From the NCBI RefSeq assembly GCF_009914755.1, contig NC_060937.1: a stretch of 64,000 nt of DNA. One strand, 5' to 3'. This document shows, one piece after another, positions 42,421 through 56,958 of the stretch. The stretch comes from the human T2T-CHM13v2.0 reference genome, Homo sapiens. The translations under genes and the position numbers were made by a program. The first letter of the stretch is position 1, and each line of letters opens with the position of its first letter. The notes beneath the pieces were generated by a model, which saw nothing but the letters and a program-made list of their open reading frames with translations, was not told the origin of the DNA and searched no databases.

Positions 42421-45305
42421 CCCAGAACAACTTTTAAGACCAAATTTGCCCATATGTATATTCAGTTGGTATCATATTAATACAGAGAAGAATTAATTCC
42501 ACTGGTTTTTAAACACATAATTTTGACAGTATTTTTTTTAGTAAGAGATATCTTAAGAGGGAAAAAAGAATCCTACAGAAATTTAAACTGATATTTCATT
42601 TGTATAAAAAAGGACATAATAAATTATGTTAAGGTAATTAGGAAGCAAAATTTTCAATGTAAGAAAAAATACAAATATAAAATGAACAAAATTAAGTTAA
42701 AATCATATATTTAATTTGATTTAGAAACATTACTATAAACTTGCTTTATTTTTCTCTGTCTTAAAAAATATATTTCCAGTTTTTATTCCCAGCTTTCCTT
42801 CCAAGCACCAACATGCTTTCAGCACAGGTCATTACAAGAAACAGTTCAGAGTAAATAAAATTCTGAATATCATCAAGATGGTGGACCAGAAGCAGCTCAA
42901 GTGCACCACTCTGATGGAGAGAAAAATAAAAGAGCTAGTGAACACTGACCCTACAAGCTGCTCCGCTAAGAAACCTCATCAAGGTCTATCAAGGCAGCAA
43001 GGGGACACAGAGAGCAGAGAGGAGCAAAGCTGCGCAGCAGCCCATCTGGGGTCAATGCAGAGCCAGGAGGAGATCCCAGCACAGGAAAGGGTGAGTGAGT
43101 GAGAGCCTCACAGGGATTCACACTCTCCACAGGGACCTGCGCAAGCCTGGGAACAGGAGAATACCCCTGGCCCACCATGCTGCTAAACTGAGGAAGAAAG
43201 CCACCTGGAGTTTTTGCAGAGGCAACTGTCAATTCCAGCAAGACTTCTACAAGCCGTGGACTCTGAAACAGATTGGCACCAGTGTCATAGCCCCAATAGA
43301 AGTTGCAGTCACAGTGCCTAGGAGCAGTAAGATTGCTCCACCTCCAATAGCCCTCAGTGCCAGCTTTAGACCCAGCAGTTCCACTTCTGCCTGAACTCAG
43401 TCTGTGGCTGCAGCCTCTTATTGCCCCAGGAAAAACCCAGACAGCAGGACAGGTAACTCCACCTGTGGCTAGAGCCACAGGTGCTAGAGCTTCCAGCCTA
43501 GGGGACTTGCTTCTGCCTGAATTCTGCTGAGGCACACAGGTTCCTGTTGCCCTGCGAAACACCTGGAGTGCAGGGTGTCTGTGCCTCTCCTAGCCATGTG
43601 AGGCACGCCTGCTTCCAGGCCAGCTGTCCTGCTTCTGCCTGAACTATGTGAGAAGGCAAAACACTGTGTTCTCCTGGGAAGCACCTTAACAGCAAATTTG
43701 GCGACCCTATCCATGCCGCAGCTCCTAGCCAACTGAGATTTGCTGGCTTGGGTGGTGCCCAAGCAGAGGGAACCCTCACTCTTGGATCAGTGAGAGAGGT
43801 GAGATGCCCAGCTTTGCAGGCTCGTGAAGGAGCAGGCGGTGCCTCCCTCTGCAGGGCCAATATGGCAAGCATACAGCCTGTCTGCCAACCACGGCCCCTG
43901 CATGAGGGAGCCCTATGGACCAGAACACTCGACAAAAGCAATGCAGGCATGGAACCAGTGGTCAGAGCGAGCTCCTCCAAGTCCCAGGAGTGGACTAGGT
44001 AAGAGGGCCATCTCTTTCCCTCTCCACCACAGAGCACTACTTCCAACCGCACCAAAACACAAAAGAGCTATGCAGCAGGATAAGAGTTAAGCTGCTGGCT
44101 AACACTCTTAAGCACCACCCACTGGACTGCAGCCCAAAATACAACACCAAAATATTTTGCCAGTATATAGTGCCTTTAAAAATTAAGGCAAAGGCTTCCC
44201 CCAGCACCTCACCCCAGCCTACACATGCGCAAGTCACCATGTCGCCGTGGGTGCTGGCACACATAAGAAAGCACAGATCCCGCTGCCATCGCCCTGACAA
44301 AATGCTTTGGCTGGCACCCCCCCATCAGAGTGTTGCTGCCAACGGACCAGGAAAACCTCAGCTCCTTAAGCGCAGCAGATTCCTAACCTCGAGGGGCCAG
44401 AGAATAAAGCCAGATACCTGGTACCAACCTTCCAGAGTTAGAGCATGCAGCCCAGGAATGCTGAGCTGAGTCCTCTGAAATCTTCCAGAATCAAAGCCAG
44501 TTGACTGAACCCACGTTACACCACAATCAAACCCCCAAGGACATCAAAGAAGATAAAAGCAAAAATACCCATCCAAAGGAGAGCACCTTCAAAGACTGAA
44601 CGAACATCAGCTCACACAGATGAGAAAAGACCAGGGCAAGAACTCTGACAACTCAAAAAGCCAGAGTGTCTTCTTAACTCTAAACAACTGCACTAGTTCT
44701 CCAGCAACGGTTCTTAACTAGGCTAAAATGGCTGAAATGACAGACCTAGAATTCAGAATAAGCATGGGAATGAAGATCATTGAGAATTAGGAGAAAGTCA
44801 AAACTCACTTAAAGAATCCAAGAAATACAACAAAACATTACAGGAGATGAAAGATGAAAAAGTCATTTTAAGGAAGAATCAAACTGATTATAGAGCTGAA
44901 AAACAAACTAAAATAATTTCATAATACAATTAGCAAGCATTAACAACAGAACAGACCAAGCTGAGGAAAGAATCTCAGAGCTTAAAGACCAGTTCTTCAA
45001 ATTAACTCAGTCAGACAAAAATAAAGAAAAATAATTAAAAAGAATGAAGGATTCTTCCAAGAAATACAGGATTATGTAAAGAGACCAAATCTACCACTAA
45101 CTGGCATCCCTGAAAGAGAAAGAGAAAAACCAAGCAACTTGGAAAACATATTTGAGGATCTCATCCATGGAAATGTCCCCAACCTTGCTAGAGAGACCAG
45201 CATTCAAATTCAGGAAATGCAGCAAACCCCTGCAAGATAATAAACAAGAAGGACATTGCTAAGAAAGAAAAAAATATTAAAGGTAGATAGATAGAAGAGG
45301 TAGGT

Positions 45306-46177
45306 TTTAAAGAGACCCCTGAAACTATTGCTATGGAACAAAAGATGAAATGCTCCTGATTACTGTAAATACAAATTTGCATGCAGGATTGTGTAAAGAC
45401 AATGCCAGGTTGGACTGCCAGAATGAGCCAACAGCACATGATGTGCTTCCCCCTGCAGAGAGCCTATGAACGGACATGCAGTCAGGGAGGTTTCACATCA
45501 CCAAGATTCCTATCCCAGAAAAGCAGATGCTCATAGCTCTGGGAATGGAATGCGACCCTTGTGGAGAGCCTATAAATGGACGCATGGTGGGCGCCTGTCC
45601 ATATGGATAAGATAAGGCTATAAATGCCCTCATCTTGCCACGGCTCTTCTAGGCCTCTTTAGGGTTAAGGCATACTCCCTTCTGAGAATTTCTGGTCTAA
45701 CTGGTTGCCTAGCTTCACGTCCTGTTTCTATGGATTGTTTGCAACCAGCTTTTGCTGCAACTGTTACTGCTGATTAATATCTTGCTAATCATAGGTTATG
45801 AAAGACTATGTTTCTGTTTTAAGGCTCTGTTAGAAATTACTGATGCACACACTATATTGTAAATTCTTATCTCTGTATACTGTACTTCTGCATATAGATG
45901 TTCTGTTAAAGAATTACTTCATCCCCATGTGACCATGTCACCTCATAATCAAATGACCCTAAATCCCTCACTAACCTACCCCCGCCCTCACTAAACTTAA
46001 CAATAAATTCTGGTATATCCAGCGCATTTGTGGCACTGCAGGACCAGAAGGTGGTGAACCCCCTGGACCCAGCTTTCACTATCTTGTGTGTGTCTATTTT
46101 TTCTCGACCTGCCGATCCACCTGGGAGCAAAGAAAAAGCCCCATTGCATTGTGGGCTGCTGGCCAGATCCCGCAATA
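45306..46177 (+). mobile_element. MER11D solo LTR (ERVK, HML-7)
   Basis: gagacccctgaaactattgctatgg...ctggccagatcccgcaata; exact 6-bp TSD gtaggt at 45300-45305 and 46178-46183; L1 ORF1 is continuous across it. Confidence 0.85.
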
Positions 46178-47784
46178 GTAGGTCACCTACAAAGGGAACC
46201 CCATTAAGACCTTTTAGCAGAAACCCCAGAAGCTGGAAAGGATTGAGGGTTTGTATTCAATATTCTTAAAATTAAAATGAAACAAAACTGTAAGCAAGAA
46301 TTTAATATCCAGTCAGACTAAGATTTATAAGTGAAAGAGAAATAATATATTTTTCAAACAAGCAAATGCTACAGGAATTCATTATCACCAGACCTGCTTT
46401 ACAAAAGGACCTTATGAGAGTGCTAAATACGGAAACAAAAGACTATTACCGGCTACCACCAAAACACCTTAAGTTCATGGACCATTTACACTATAAAGCA
46501 ACCACACAATCAAGTCTGCATAATAGCCAGCTGACAACACCTTCAAAGAATTAAATCCACACATATCAATATTAAAATTGAATATAAATGGGCTAAATGC
46601 CACAATTAGAAGGCACAGAGTGGCAAGTTGGATAAAGAAACAAAACACAATTGCATGCTATCTACAAGAGCTCTATCTCACATGAATGACACCTATGGGC
46701 TCAAAGTATAGGGATAGAGAAAAATATACCAGGCAAACAGAAAACAAAAATAATGTGGGGGTTGCTATTCTAATTTTAGACAAAACAAAATTTAAACCAA
46801 CAGCAATCAAAAAAGACAAAGAAGGACATTACATAATGGTAAAGGGTTTAATTCAACAAGAAAACATTACTATCCTAAACATACATGCACCCAGCACAGG
46901 AGCATCCATATTCATAAAAGAAGTTCTGAGAGACCTACAAAAAAACTCAACACTTGACCAATGAACCTAAGAGACATCTACAGAACTCTCCACACAAAAC
47001 CAACAGAATGTACATTCTTATCACTGGCACATGGCATATACTCTAAAATTGACCACACAATTGGCCATAGAACAATTCTCAGCAAATTCACAGAAACTAA
47101 AAACATACCAACCACACTCTTGAACTACATCACAATGAAACTAGAAATCAGTACTAAGGCAGTCATTTCTTAATTACATGGAAATTAAACAACCTGCTCT
47201 TGAATAACTTCTGAGTAAACAATGAAATTAAGGCCAAAATTAATAAATTATCTAATGAGAACAAGGATGTAATATACCAGAATCTCTGTTAAAGCAGTGT
47301 TAAGAGAAAATTTTATAGTGCTGAATGACCACATCAAAAGTTAGAAAGATCTCAAATTAACAACTTAACATCTCATATAGAGGAACCAGAAAAACAAGAG
47401 TAACTCAGTTCTGAAGATAACACAAGACAAGAAATTACCTAAATCAGAGAAGAACTGAAGGAAAATGAGATGTGAAAAACCACACACAAGAACAAGAAAA
47501 TAATAAGTTGTTTGTTGAAAGAATAAAAAAAAATGGATGAACGCTAGCTAGACTAATAAAAAAAAAAGAGACAAGATCCAAATAAACACAATAAGAAATG
47601 ACAAAAGGGACATTACCACCAACCCCTAAGAAATACAAAAAACCCTCAGAGACTATTAGGACCACATCTATGCACACAAACTGGAAAACCTACAGGAAAC
47701 AAATAAATTCCTGGAAACATATGACCTCCCATTATTGAACCAGAAAAAAAATTGAAATGCTGAACAGACCAATAATGAGTTTCA

Positions 47785-48166
<382 letters not shown>

Positions 48167-50720
48167 CTACCAGACATAAAAGAAGAGCTGGTACCATTCC
48201 TATCAAAACTATTCCAAAAAGTTGAGGAAGGATTCCTCCCTAACTCCTTCTATGAGGTGAGCATTATTCTGATACCAAAACCTGGCAGAGACCCAGCAAA
48301 AAAAGAAAACTTCATGCCAATATTTTTGATGAGCACAGATGCAAAAATCCTCAACAAAACACTAGCAAAGTTAATCCAACAGCACATTAAAAAGCTAATC
48401 CACACTTATAGAGTAGGCCTTATCCCTGGAATGCAAGGTTGTTTCCACATACATAAATCAGTAAATGTGATTCACCACATAAACAGAACTAAAAGCCAAA
48501 ATCACATGATCATCTCAATAGATGCAAAAAAAAGTATTTCAGTAAAATTCAACATTTCTTCAGGTTTAAAACTCTCAAAAAACTAGGTGTTGAAGGAACA
48601 TACCTCAAAATAATAAGAGCCATCTGTGACATTCCCACAGCTAACATCATATAAAATGGGCAAAAGCTGAAAACATTCCTCTTGAGAAATGGAACAAGAC
48701 AGGGGTACCCACTCTTACCTCTCCTAATCAATATAATACTGGAAGTCCTGGCCAGAGCAATCAAACAAGAAAAAGAAATAAAAGGCATCCAAATAGGAAG
48801 AGAGGAAGTGAAATTATCTCCGTTTGTAGTTGATATAATTTTAAACATAGAAAACCCCAGCATCTCTGCCCAAAATTAACAACTTCAGCAAAGTTTCAGA
48901 ATACAAACTCAATGTACAAAAATTAGTAGCATTTCTATATACCAACAACACCCAAGCTGAATGCCAAATCAAGAATGCAATCCCACTGAAATAGTCACAG
49001 AAAAGAATAAAATTCCTAGGAATACAGCTAACCAAGGAAGTAAAAGATCTAGAAGTCAGTAATGACACAAACAAATGGAAAAACATTCTGTGCTCTTAGA
49101 TAGAAAGAACTGACATTGTTAAAATGGCCACACTGCCCAAAGTGATCTTACAGATTCAATGCTATTTTTATCAAACTACCAATGACATTCTTTACAGAAT
49201 CAGAAAAAAAAAAAAACTAAAATTCATATGGAACCAAAAATGAACCCAAATAGACAAAGCAATCATAAGCAAAGAGAACAAAGCCAGAGGCATCACATTA
49301 CCTGATTTCAAACTATACTATAAGGCTACAGTAACCCAAACAGCCTGGTACTGTTACAAAAACAGACACATAGATCCATGGAACAGAATACAGAACCCAG
49401 AAATAAAGCCGCACATGTAAAGCCATCTGATCTTCGACAAAGTCAATAAAAATAAGCAATAGGGAAAGGACCCCCTATTCAATAAATGATGCTGGGATAG
49501 CTGGCTAGCTGTATGCAGAAGATGGAAACTGGACCCCTTCCATACACCACATACAAAAATAAGCTCAATATGGATTAAAAACATAAGTGTAAAACCAAGA
49601 AGTATTAAAAACCCTTAAAGAAAACCTACGAAATACCACTCTGAACATATGCCCTGGCAAAGATTTCCTGACAAAGACTGCAAAAGCATGAGCAACACAA
49701 AAATTGACAAATGATATCTAATTAAACTAAAGAGCTTCTGCACATTAAAAGAAATTATCAACAGAGTAAACAGACAACCCACAGAATGGGAGAAAAAATT
49801 TTAAACTATACATCCAACAAAGATCTAATATCCAGAACCTATGAGAAAATTAAATTAACAAGCAAAAACCAAACAACTCTATTAAAAAGCGGACTCAGGA
49901 CATGAATACACACTTTTCAAAAGAAGACATACATGTGGTCAGCAAGCATATGATAAAACTCTTAACATCACTAATTAGAGAAATGCAAATCAAAAACACA
50001 ATAAGATACCATCTCACACCAGTCAGAATGGCTATCATTACAAAATCAAAAGTTCACAGATGCTGGCAAGGTTGAGGAGAAAAGGAAATGCTTATACACT
50101 GATGGTGGGAATGTAAATTATTTCACCCCCTGTGGAAAGCAGTTTGGTAATTTTTCAAAGAACTTAAAACAGAACTGCCATTTCACCCAGCAATTTTACT
50201 ATTATGTACCCAAAAGAATATATATAAATCATTCTACTGTAAAGACACATGCACTTGTATGCTTATCACAGCACTATTTACAATAGCAAAGACACAGGCA
50301 TCTAGATGCTCATTAATTACAGACTGGATAAATAAAATATTGTACATATATACCATGGAATACTACACAGCCATAAAAAAGAACAAAATCCTGTCCTTTT
50401 CAGCAACGTGGACAGAGCTGGAGGCCATTATCCCGAGCCAAATAACACAAGAACAGAAAACCAAATACCATATGTTTTCACTTATAAGTAGAAGTTAAAC
50501 AATGAGTACTCATGGACACAGGAGAAAATAAACACCAGGGCCACGCTAAGGGTGGACGTTGGGAGAAGGGTGAGGATCAAAAAATTACCTGATACCATGC
50601 TTATTACCTGTACACCAAATGATCTACACCAAACCCCTATGACATACAACTTTCCTATATAACAGATCTGCACATGTACCCCTGAAACTAAAATTAGAGT
50701 TTAAAAAAAGAACAAAACAA

Positions 50721-52190
50721 AACCAACATATTTCCTAGTTATTTTCATTGATTATATATAAAATCATGAAAAACTTAATAGGAATGAACACCCTTAGTGA
50801 ACAAATTGTGGTTGCTGAATATTGTTTACCGTGCAATAAACTAAAGCTTTTTAGATAAAGGGTTGATTCCAGATCTGTGGAAGGAAATATGCATAGTAAG
50901 CTTCAGACATGTTGTTGCAACTAAAAGCAAAGAAGCTAATATTCTGGTGTTATGTGTAAGGGACATAGGAACTAATATGAGGGACCTAAAGATAAAATAA
51001 TTTGAACATCAGAAAGATTAATAAATGTAATGGATTGAAATACATCAAATATGTAAAACATCAATGAGTTTATAATGATATTCCCATTTGTTGATTGTTA
51101 AGGCACCAACTCATTATTTTAAAAATTGATGAATTAAGAGAAAGAAGCATTTATCATGCTCTTCCTTTATAGACTGTATTTAATATATCCAAGTAGTTGG
51201 TCTGGGAAATTTCTTCTTTCACATCCAGGGAGGATGTCTGAAAAATTTCTTCATCAATAATTTCTTATAGCTATTAAATGCAGAAGAAATAAGAGAATTA
51301 GAGTACCATTTTGCCATACCTCAGGAAATAATTAGCCATGTTCGGCCATGGCTGGCTGTTAAAACCATTAGTTGAAAGTTTGAAGTGGACCTTATAATAG
51401 ATGAATCAGGTGACAGTGGGAAGGCACATGGTATTAGTAGATCAATCAGGCTGACACTTGAAATCACTGATTAATTTTAGCATCACAAAAAAATAACGTA
51501 ATCATTTAGCCTTCTGACTTAAGATAAGAAGAAGTACATAACACTATGCAGGATAATTTTATCAACACAAAGGCAAAAAATAGCCTCTATGTCTATTTTA
51601 GTCTTTGTAGCTAACTATCAATTTAGAGCATATTTGATGAATAAGGAAACATAATGAACACTAACTGCAGAATGTGATTATCAAATTTCAAAATATGAAA
51701 TATTTCAACAAATGAAAATGACACAGATTTTCAAAAAATAAATGGCAAAAATTAAAATAGAAGAGAGCAACTATTATAGAGTTAAAGAGTCTTATGAGAC
51801 ATATATCCTGAATGCAAGTGTGTACCTTGTTTCATCCCTAAATCAAGTGAAGAAAAATAGATATACATTTTTGAGGCAAATGCAAACTGAGCATGACCTG
51901 GTTATTTGGTTCACAAAACTATTAAGACATTGTTGTTAATATTGTTGAGTGTGATTACATTTTTGTTTATTTAAGTCTACCTGTTAAAGATACTTACAAA
52001 AGTAATTTTCTGTGAAATGATAAATGTGGCCTTTTTAGAGCTTTCTTTAAATAGCCCAGAAAACCCCAAAAACAACAACAAATGAGGGATTGAGAAACAG
52101 AATTAAAAAAACAGCAAAATATTCAAGCCAGGGAATGGAATAACAGAGTAAAATTTATTACTCATTCTTCTTTTGATAATTTTTCATAAT
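50721..52190 (+). mobile_element. L1MC-type 3' UTR (continuation of ~42420-42777, split by the L1PA16)
   Basis: atatttcctag...aatgaacacc...ttgattccagatctgtggaaggaaatatg, taatggattgaaatacatcaaatatg. Confidence 0.7.
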
Positions 52191-52299
52191 AATGTAATAC
52201 AAAACTAAATCTAAATAAACAATACAAGTGATCCTCAGACAAACACAGTTTCATGGCACATGAGATAACCTTAACATTTTCTAATTAGTTTCCTCCGAC

Positions 52300-53170
52300 A
52301 GATGCCCAAAGGTATTTTATCTGTAAAAGAATTGCTAGAAATCAGGGGAAACACCATGAATGCAGGAATAATTGATTTAATAGGAAGCTTGAAAGATAAA
52401 ATTAAGAAAAGTAAGAACACAATGCAAAAAGAAAACAACAGAAAACATGAAGTTAAGATCACGGAGGTGAAAATCCAGGAGTTATATCTACAAAGTGCAA
52501 CAAACATTATTGGTGGCCCACCCAAAAACCTGTTCGATTATTTTCATCTAATTAATCAAAAAAAAAATACAAGGAATTTGTTGGCTCAATAAGAGGTCTT
52601 TAAGCTGTTGACAAAGGGCAAAGTAGCATATATGAAGAAAGAACCAGATGTAGATATAGACAGATAACAGTTTAGAACACCAATGATAAAGACAGAATCA
52701 CAAATTATTATGAAAAGAAAATTTAAAAGTTTACCTATAAAATTTTGAGGATCAGATTTACTTTTGACCTTTTATTCATAACACAGAGTGCTATGAGAAA
52801 CTGGAGTGATGCCTCCAAATATGAGAAAAAAAATTTTCAATCTAGAATTCTATATCTAGTCAAATTATCATTCAAATTCAAGAACACAACTAAGGTTTTC
52901 TTACACACAGAGCTCCTGAAGAATGTTACTTCCTCTGAATTCTTGATTTTAAAATGTGAAAATATATTTCAAGGAAATGAAAAAAAATCAAGAAAGTGTG
53001 AAAATGGACAAACTTAGAAGTACAATAACAAGAAATTCTAAGGTGACAGTCATATAGCTAGAAATGACTAGAAAAAAAATTCCAAATTCGTGTGGAGAAT
53101 CAAAGCATTCTAAGAAAATTATATCCAAGGATCATGATTAAGACCTGGGGTCACACCTATGACATATTGA
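52300..53170 (+). mobile_element. HAL1 / ancient L1 ORF1-like remnant
   Basis: ORF 52745-53017 (IRFTFD...RNWSDA...KNFQSRILYLVKLSF) aligns by eye to the L1 ORF1p C-terminal domain (KNFQPRISYPAKLSF); no ORF2 follows. Confidence 0.65.
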
Positions 53171-53179
53171 AAGAGGCAT

Positions 53180-53197
53180 ATTTTCCTCTCTCAACAA

Positions 53198-53233
<36 letters not shown>

Positions 53234-53301
53234 TTTTCCTCACTCAACAACCACACACACACACTATTTTCCTCACTCACACACACACACACAGACACAC
53301 A
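53180..53301. repeat. (CA)n tract with triplicated attttcctc(a/t)ctc(aacaac) head
   Basis: Direct inspection. Confidence 0.9.
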
Positions 53302-53405
53302 CTTCCCAGACAGAAACCATAACAATAAGTAAAGAGTCTGAATATGAAGCAAAAGCAAATATGTTATTACTTTAAGGAATTGTTGAAATGCAGAGAAAGA
53401 TCATT

Positions 53406-53923
53406 TGTGCCAGGCATCCCCATTTGTACCCCTTCCCCAAATTGATCTTTTTCTGTTTTTTTTCTTCTTTTCTCTATCCTGTTCTGTAATACAGAAAGCC
53501 AACCTCATGTATTGCATTATCTGGGCTTTTGCTGATTAACTTCCAGCTGAATTTAGTTAAGAGACACCAGCAGGACATGGAGACAGGAGAAAGGGTGGGG
53601 GCTATTCTTTTTTCCCCATTCTCAATTCCATGGGCTATAACTTCTGGAAGAAGCTACCCCTCCCACAAAAATAGTTCCAGTCAGGCTGCTCCTTCTCCAC
53701 AGCTCCAGCTAATATTACTAACGTTACCACTTAAGCAACACTATTTCCATCCATTGCCCCTCCAAGACTAGAATGGGAACAGCTTCCCAATAGTCTCTGG
53801 GAACTTCAACATTATTTGTTGCTTCCCTTAACCTAGTTCACAATTCTCTAGATCATATCTTCATTAAATATTCTTTATTCATCTTACTTAAATTTGTTTC
53901 TTGTTTGACCATTGAATAGTACA
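53406..53923 (+). mobile_element. LTR33-type ERVL LTR
   Basis: gacaccagcaggacatggag, ccattgcccctccaagactag, cccttaacctagttcac, cttcattaaa, ends in taca. Confidence 0.75.
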
Positions 53924-55330
53924 AAGGTTAGTATCAAGGGTGGCCCCAAGAAAGAGTTCTTCAAGATAAAACTTTGGCCCTGAATTACTCATGTATTTTA
54001 TGCACCCTCAGTGACTTCCTTGCTGAAGAAAAAAAGGGATCACCAGCATCTTTGACATGTAGCATCCCAGTTATTCAAATTATCACCACTGGTGGGGAGG
54101 ATGGGATCACACTTAGAGGGCAAGACTTTGGTTGACCAAGTTGCATATATGTGCTGTAACATTGAAACTACTACAAAGCAGGTAGGATGCACTAGCTCTT
54201 TTTGACTGTTAGAGCACTAGCTCTTTCTGTTAGAAAGAAATTTAAAATAATTTTAACATCTTACGCTCCAAATCTAAGACAAAGGTAGAGAATCAAATGT
54301 CTTCTATGCCAGTATTAAAAGAAAAAAAATCTCCTTCCTTTTAGACCAGGTAGACAGACATGGCTGAAGATAAAATCCCAAACATAATTTTGAGTGTAAT
54401 GAAATTATAATGCCAATTAAAGGCACACCTCACTAAAGTTAACATGATATTGATTTTGAAAGATTAGTATCCTCGGATTTATAGTTGAGACATTTGGTTA
54501 GAAACAGATTAAATTTAATTTCCAAATCATCTTTAAAATTCTATGCATATGGAAGCAATCTCTCATTCCTTTTCTGAAGAAACATGCTCACCCCAGCATA
54601 AAGATATTTCAAGGATTTCATCAGGAGCATTGACTCACAATGTGAGTGCCCATTCTACTCAAGACATATTTTATCACTTCTCTTTGCCTCAGAAGTCCTA
54701 ATGAAAGCTAATTCCATCATGGCCCAGAGTGAAAACTGCAATGTCAGTTCTGAGAGGATGTAGAGTACACTAAGAATTGTGGGATCTAGATAGATTGCAG
54801 GATTCTAGTGTGGAAATGGGTTTTATAGGGATTTGATCCAGAAAGATTAAATATGAGATTGGGTCACATAATCAGTTGGGACTTGGGATTTACTGTGTAA
54901 GCATGTTTGGTTAGGTTATTGAAGCTTAAATTCAAAAGTAGCCCAACAGTTAATGAGCTTGAGATGCCAGAACTTTCTTAGAAAGGAATATTAATCCCTC
55001 AGCGAAGGAACAGAAAAATCCTTGGAAATCTTTGAGGTGGCTGATTTATTTAAGATGAAGTGGAGAGATGATGCCTTGGAACTGATTTCCATCAACCTCT
55101 GCAACAGCAATGGGCAGGTAGAATTACTTAGTTTCAGAAATTATCAGTTGGGCCACAGTTACCTTTGTAGGCCAAAGCAGCGGAAAGGCAACTGCAGTGT
55201 TCTGGCAATCAGGTTTACAGGTCAGTGGCTAAATCATGAGTCTCTAGGAATCAGAAATTCAGGGCCTCCTTTGCAGCTGCCAAATATAAGATGTTTCACA
55301 AAGGCCTTGATTGAGATGATGCTCATTCTC
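53924..55330 (+). mobile_element. ERVL internal sequence (ERV3-16A3/HERV16-like, gag region, decayed)
   Basis: Follows LTR33 directly with agtatcaagggtggccccaagaaa; gagcttgagatgccagaact motif. Confidence 0.55.
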
Positions 55331-55334
55331 AGTA

Positions 55335-56060
55335 ATAATGTGTGAAATTAAAATAATATCCCATTCATAAGCATTATACTGTCAAAATTTTGAAATTATG
55401 CAATTTCAAGCTTTCGTAAATTTGTGGAAGGGAGTTGTACACTCTCGCATATTGACAATCGAAACATAAATATGTATCATATATTTAAAAGAATAATGTG
55501 ATAACATTTCTGTAAGTTAAAGATATATCGAAAGTTAAAGATACATGTATATACACACACACATATAAATACTTGTGGATATGAGCAGAATTTTATAGCA
55601 GCCAACAAATAAAAGGAAATAAGTATCTATGTCTGTTTGCATAAACAATTATTATGTATCAAGTCTAACAAGTTCATACAGCAATTGAACTGAAAAATGC
55701 AAATTCTACATGTTTCATGGTAAACTAATAACAGCATGCTTACTTTTTTTAGTAAAACCCGTATTTTTAAATTATACAGAAGATATTACATGCATGTACA
55801 TTTTAAGAAGTAAAAGCACTAATGATTGTTTATCCATACTTGTATTTGTACTACAAGTATAAAATACATGGATGGGACTGATAAACATCAACTGCAGGAC
55901 AGTTCCTTTGTCTGGGTAGGCAGAGAGGGAGTAGAAGTTGGGAGATGGATTCAAATGTTATCAATAACTTTTCCTTTAAGAATCATCAGAAGTAAATAAA
56001 AATTTAATGTTTGGTGAATCTAGTTAGTAGTAAATGGATGTCTTTTATGTATGTTGTTTC
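55335..56060 (+). mobile_element. L1ME-type 3' fragment
   Basis: actctcgcatattg, ttttatagcagccaacaa, gataaacatcaactgcagga. Confidence 0.5.
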
Positions 56061-56244
56061 ATGTGTCCTACCTGTTCCCTTTCAACTAAAGCCACCCTAT
56101 TTCAATTCTCTTTACACACCCCTGTACCACTGATGAAGCCTCTTACTTGATAACGTGCTCCTTATTCCTTTCTCTCTCACCCATCCAAAAACATATCACC
56201 AAATTTTCATTTAGGAGGATAAACCATTTCCTTTTATGGTCTAA

Positions 56245-56584
<340 letters not shown>

Positions 56585-56958
56585 AGCACCAGTGATTTGA
56601 AAAGAGAAATCTGATCTATAATTAGTATTTTTAAAATATTTCCTTGTTTCAACAGAGCATTTATTAAGAAGACAACTAGTATTGAAAAGAATCTTGAAAA
56701 CATAGGCTTGTATCTCCTTCATAAGTTGTTTTATTAATATCTTCATTTCTACTTAAATCTCTATAGTTTGAGACTCGGGAGGAAGAAAAAGGTCAGGAAG
56801 AAAGAGTATGAGATGGTGTCTGGGGTGTGTGTGTGTGTTTATTTAAGACAGAAACTTAATGCAATTGGGTCTTGTCCACTAGAAAGGCAGACAGCAGTTC
56901 TTTGAGTTAAAGTTAACTTCGGGTAATGGGATCAAAGTATTTTCTCAACCTCATAATA

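Noticed and set aside
42966-44055. Longest ORFs (198 aa and 185 aa, minus strand)
   Set aside because: Antisense to the GC-rich L1 5' UTR where stops are rare; no recognisable domain; not recognisable as ORF0 of younger L1PA
53180-53301. Repeat-spacer-like pattern
   Set aside because: Slippage-duplicated microsatellite; spacers are (CA)n; eukaryotic context, not CRISPR
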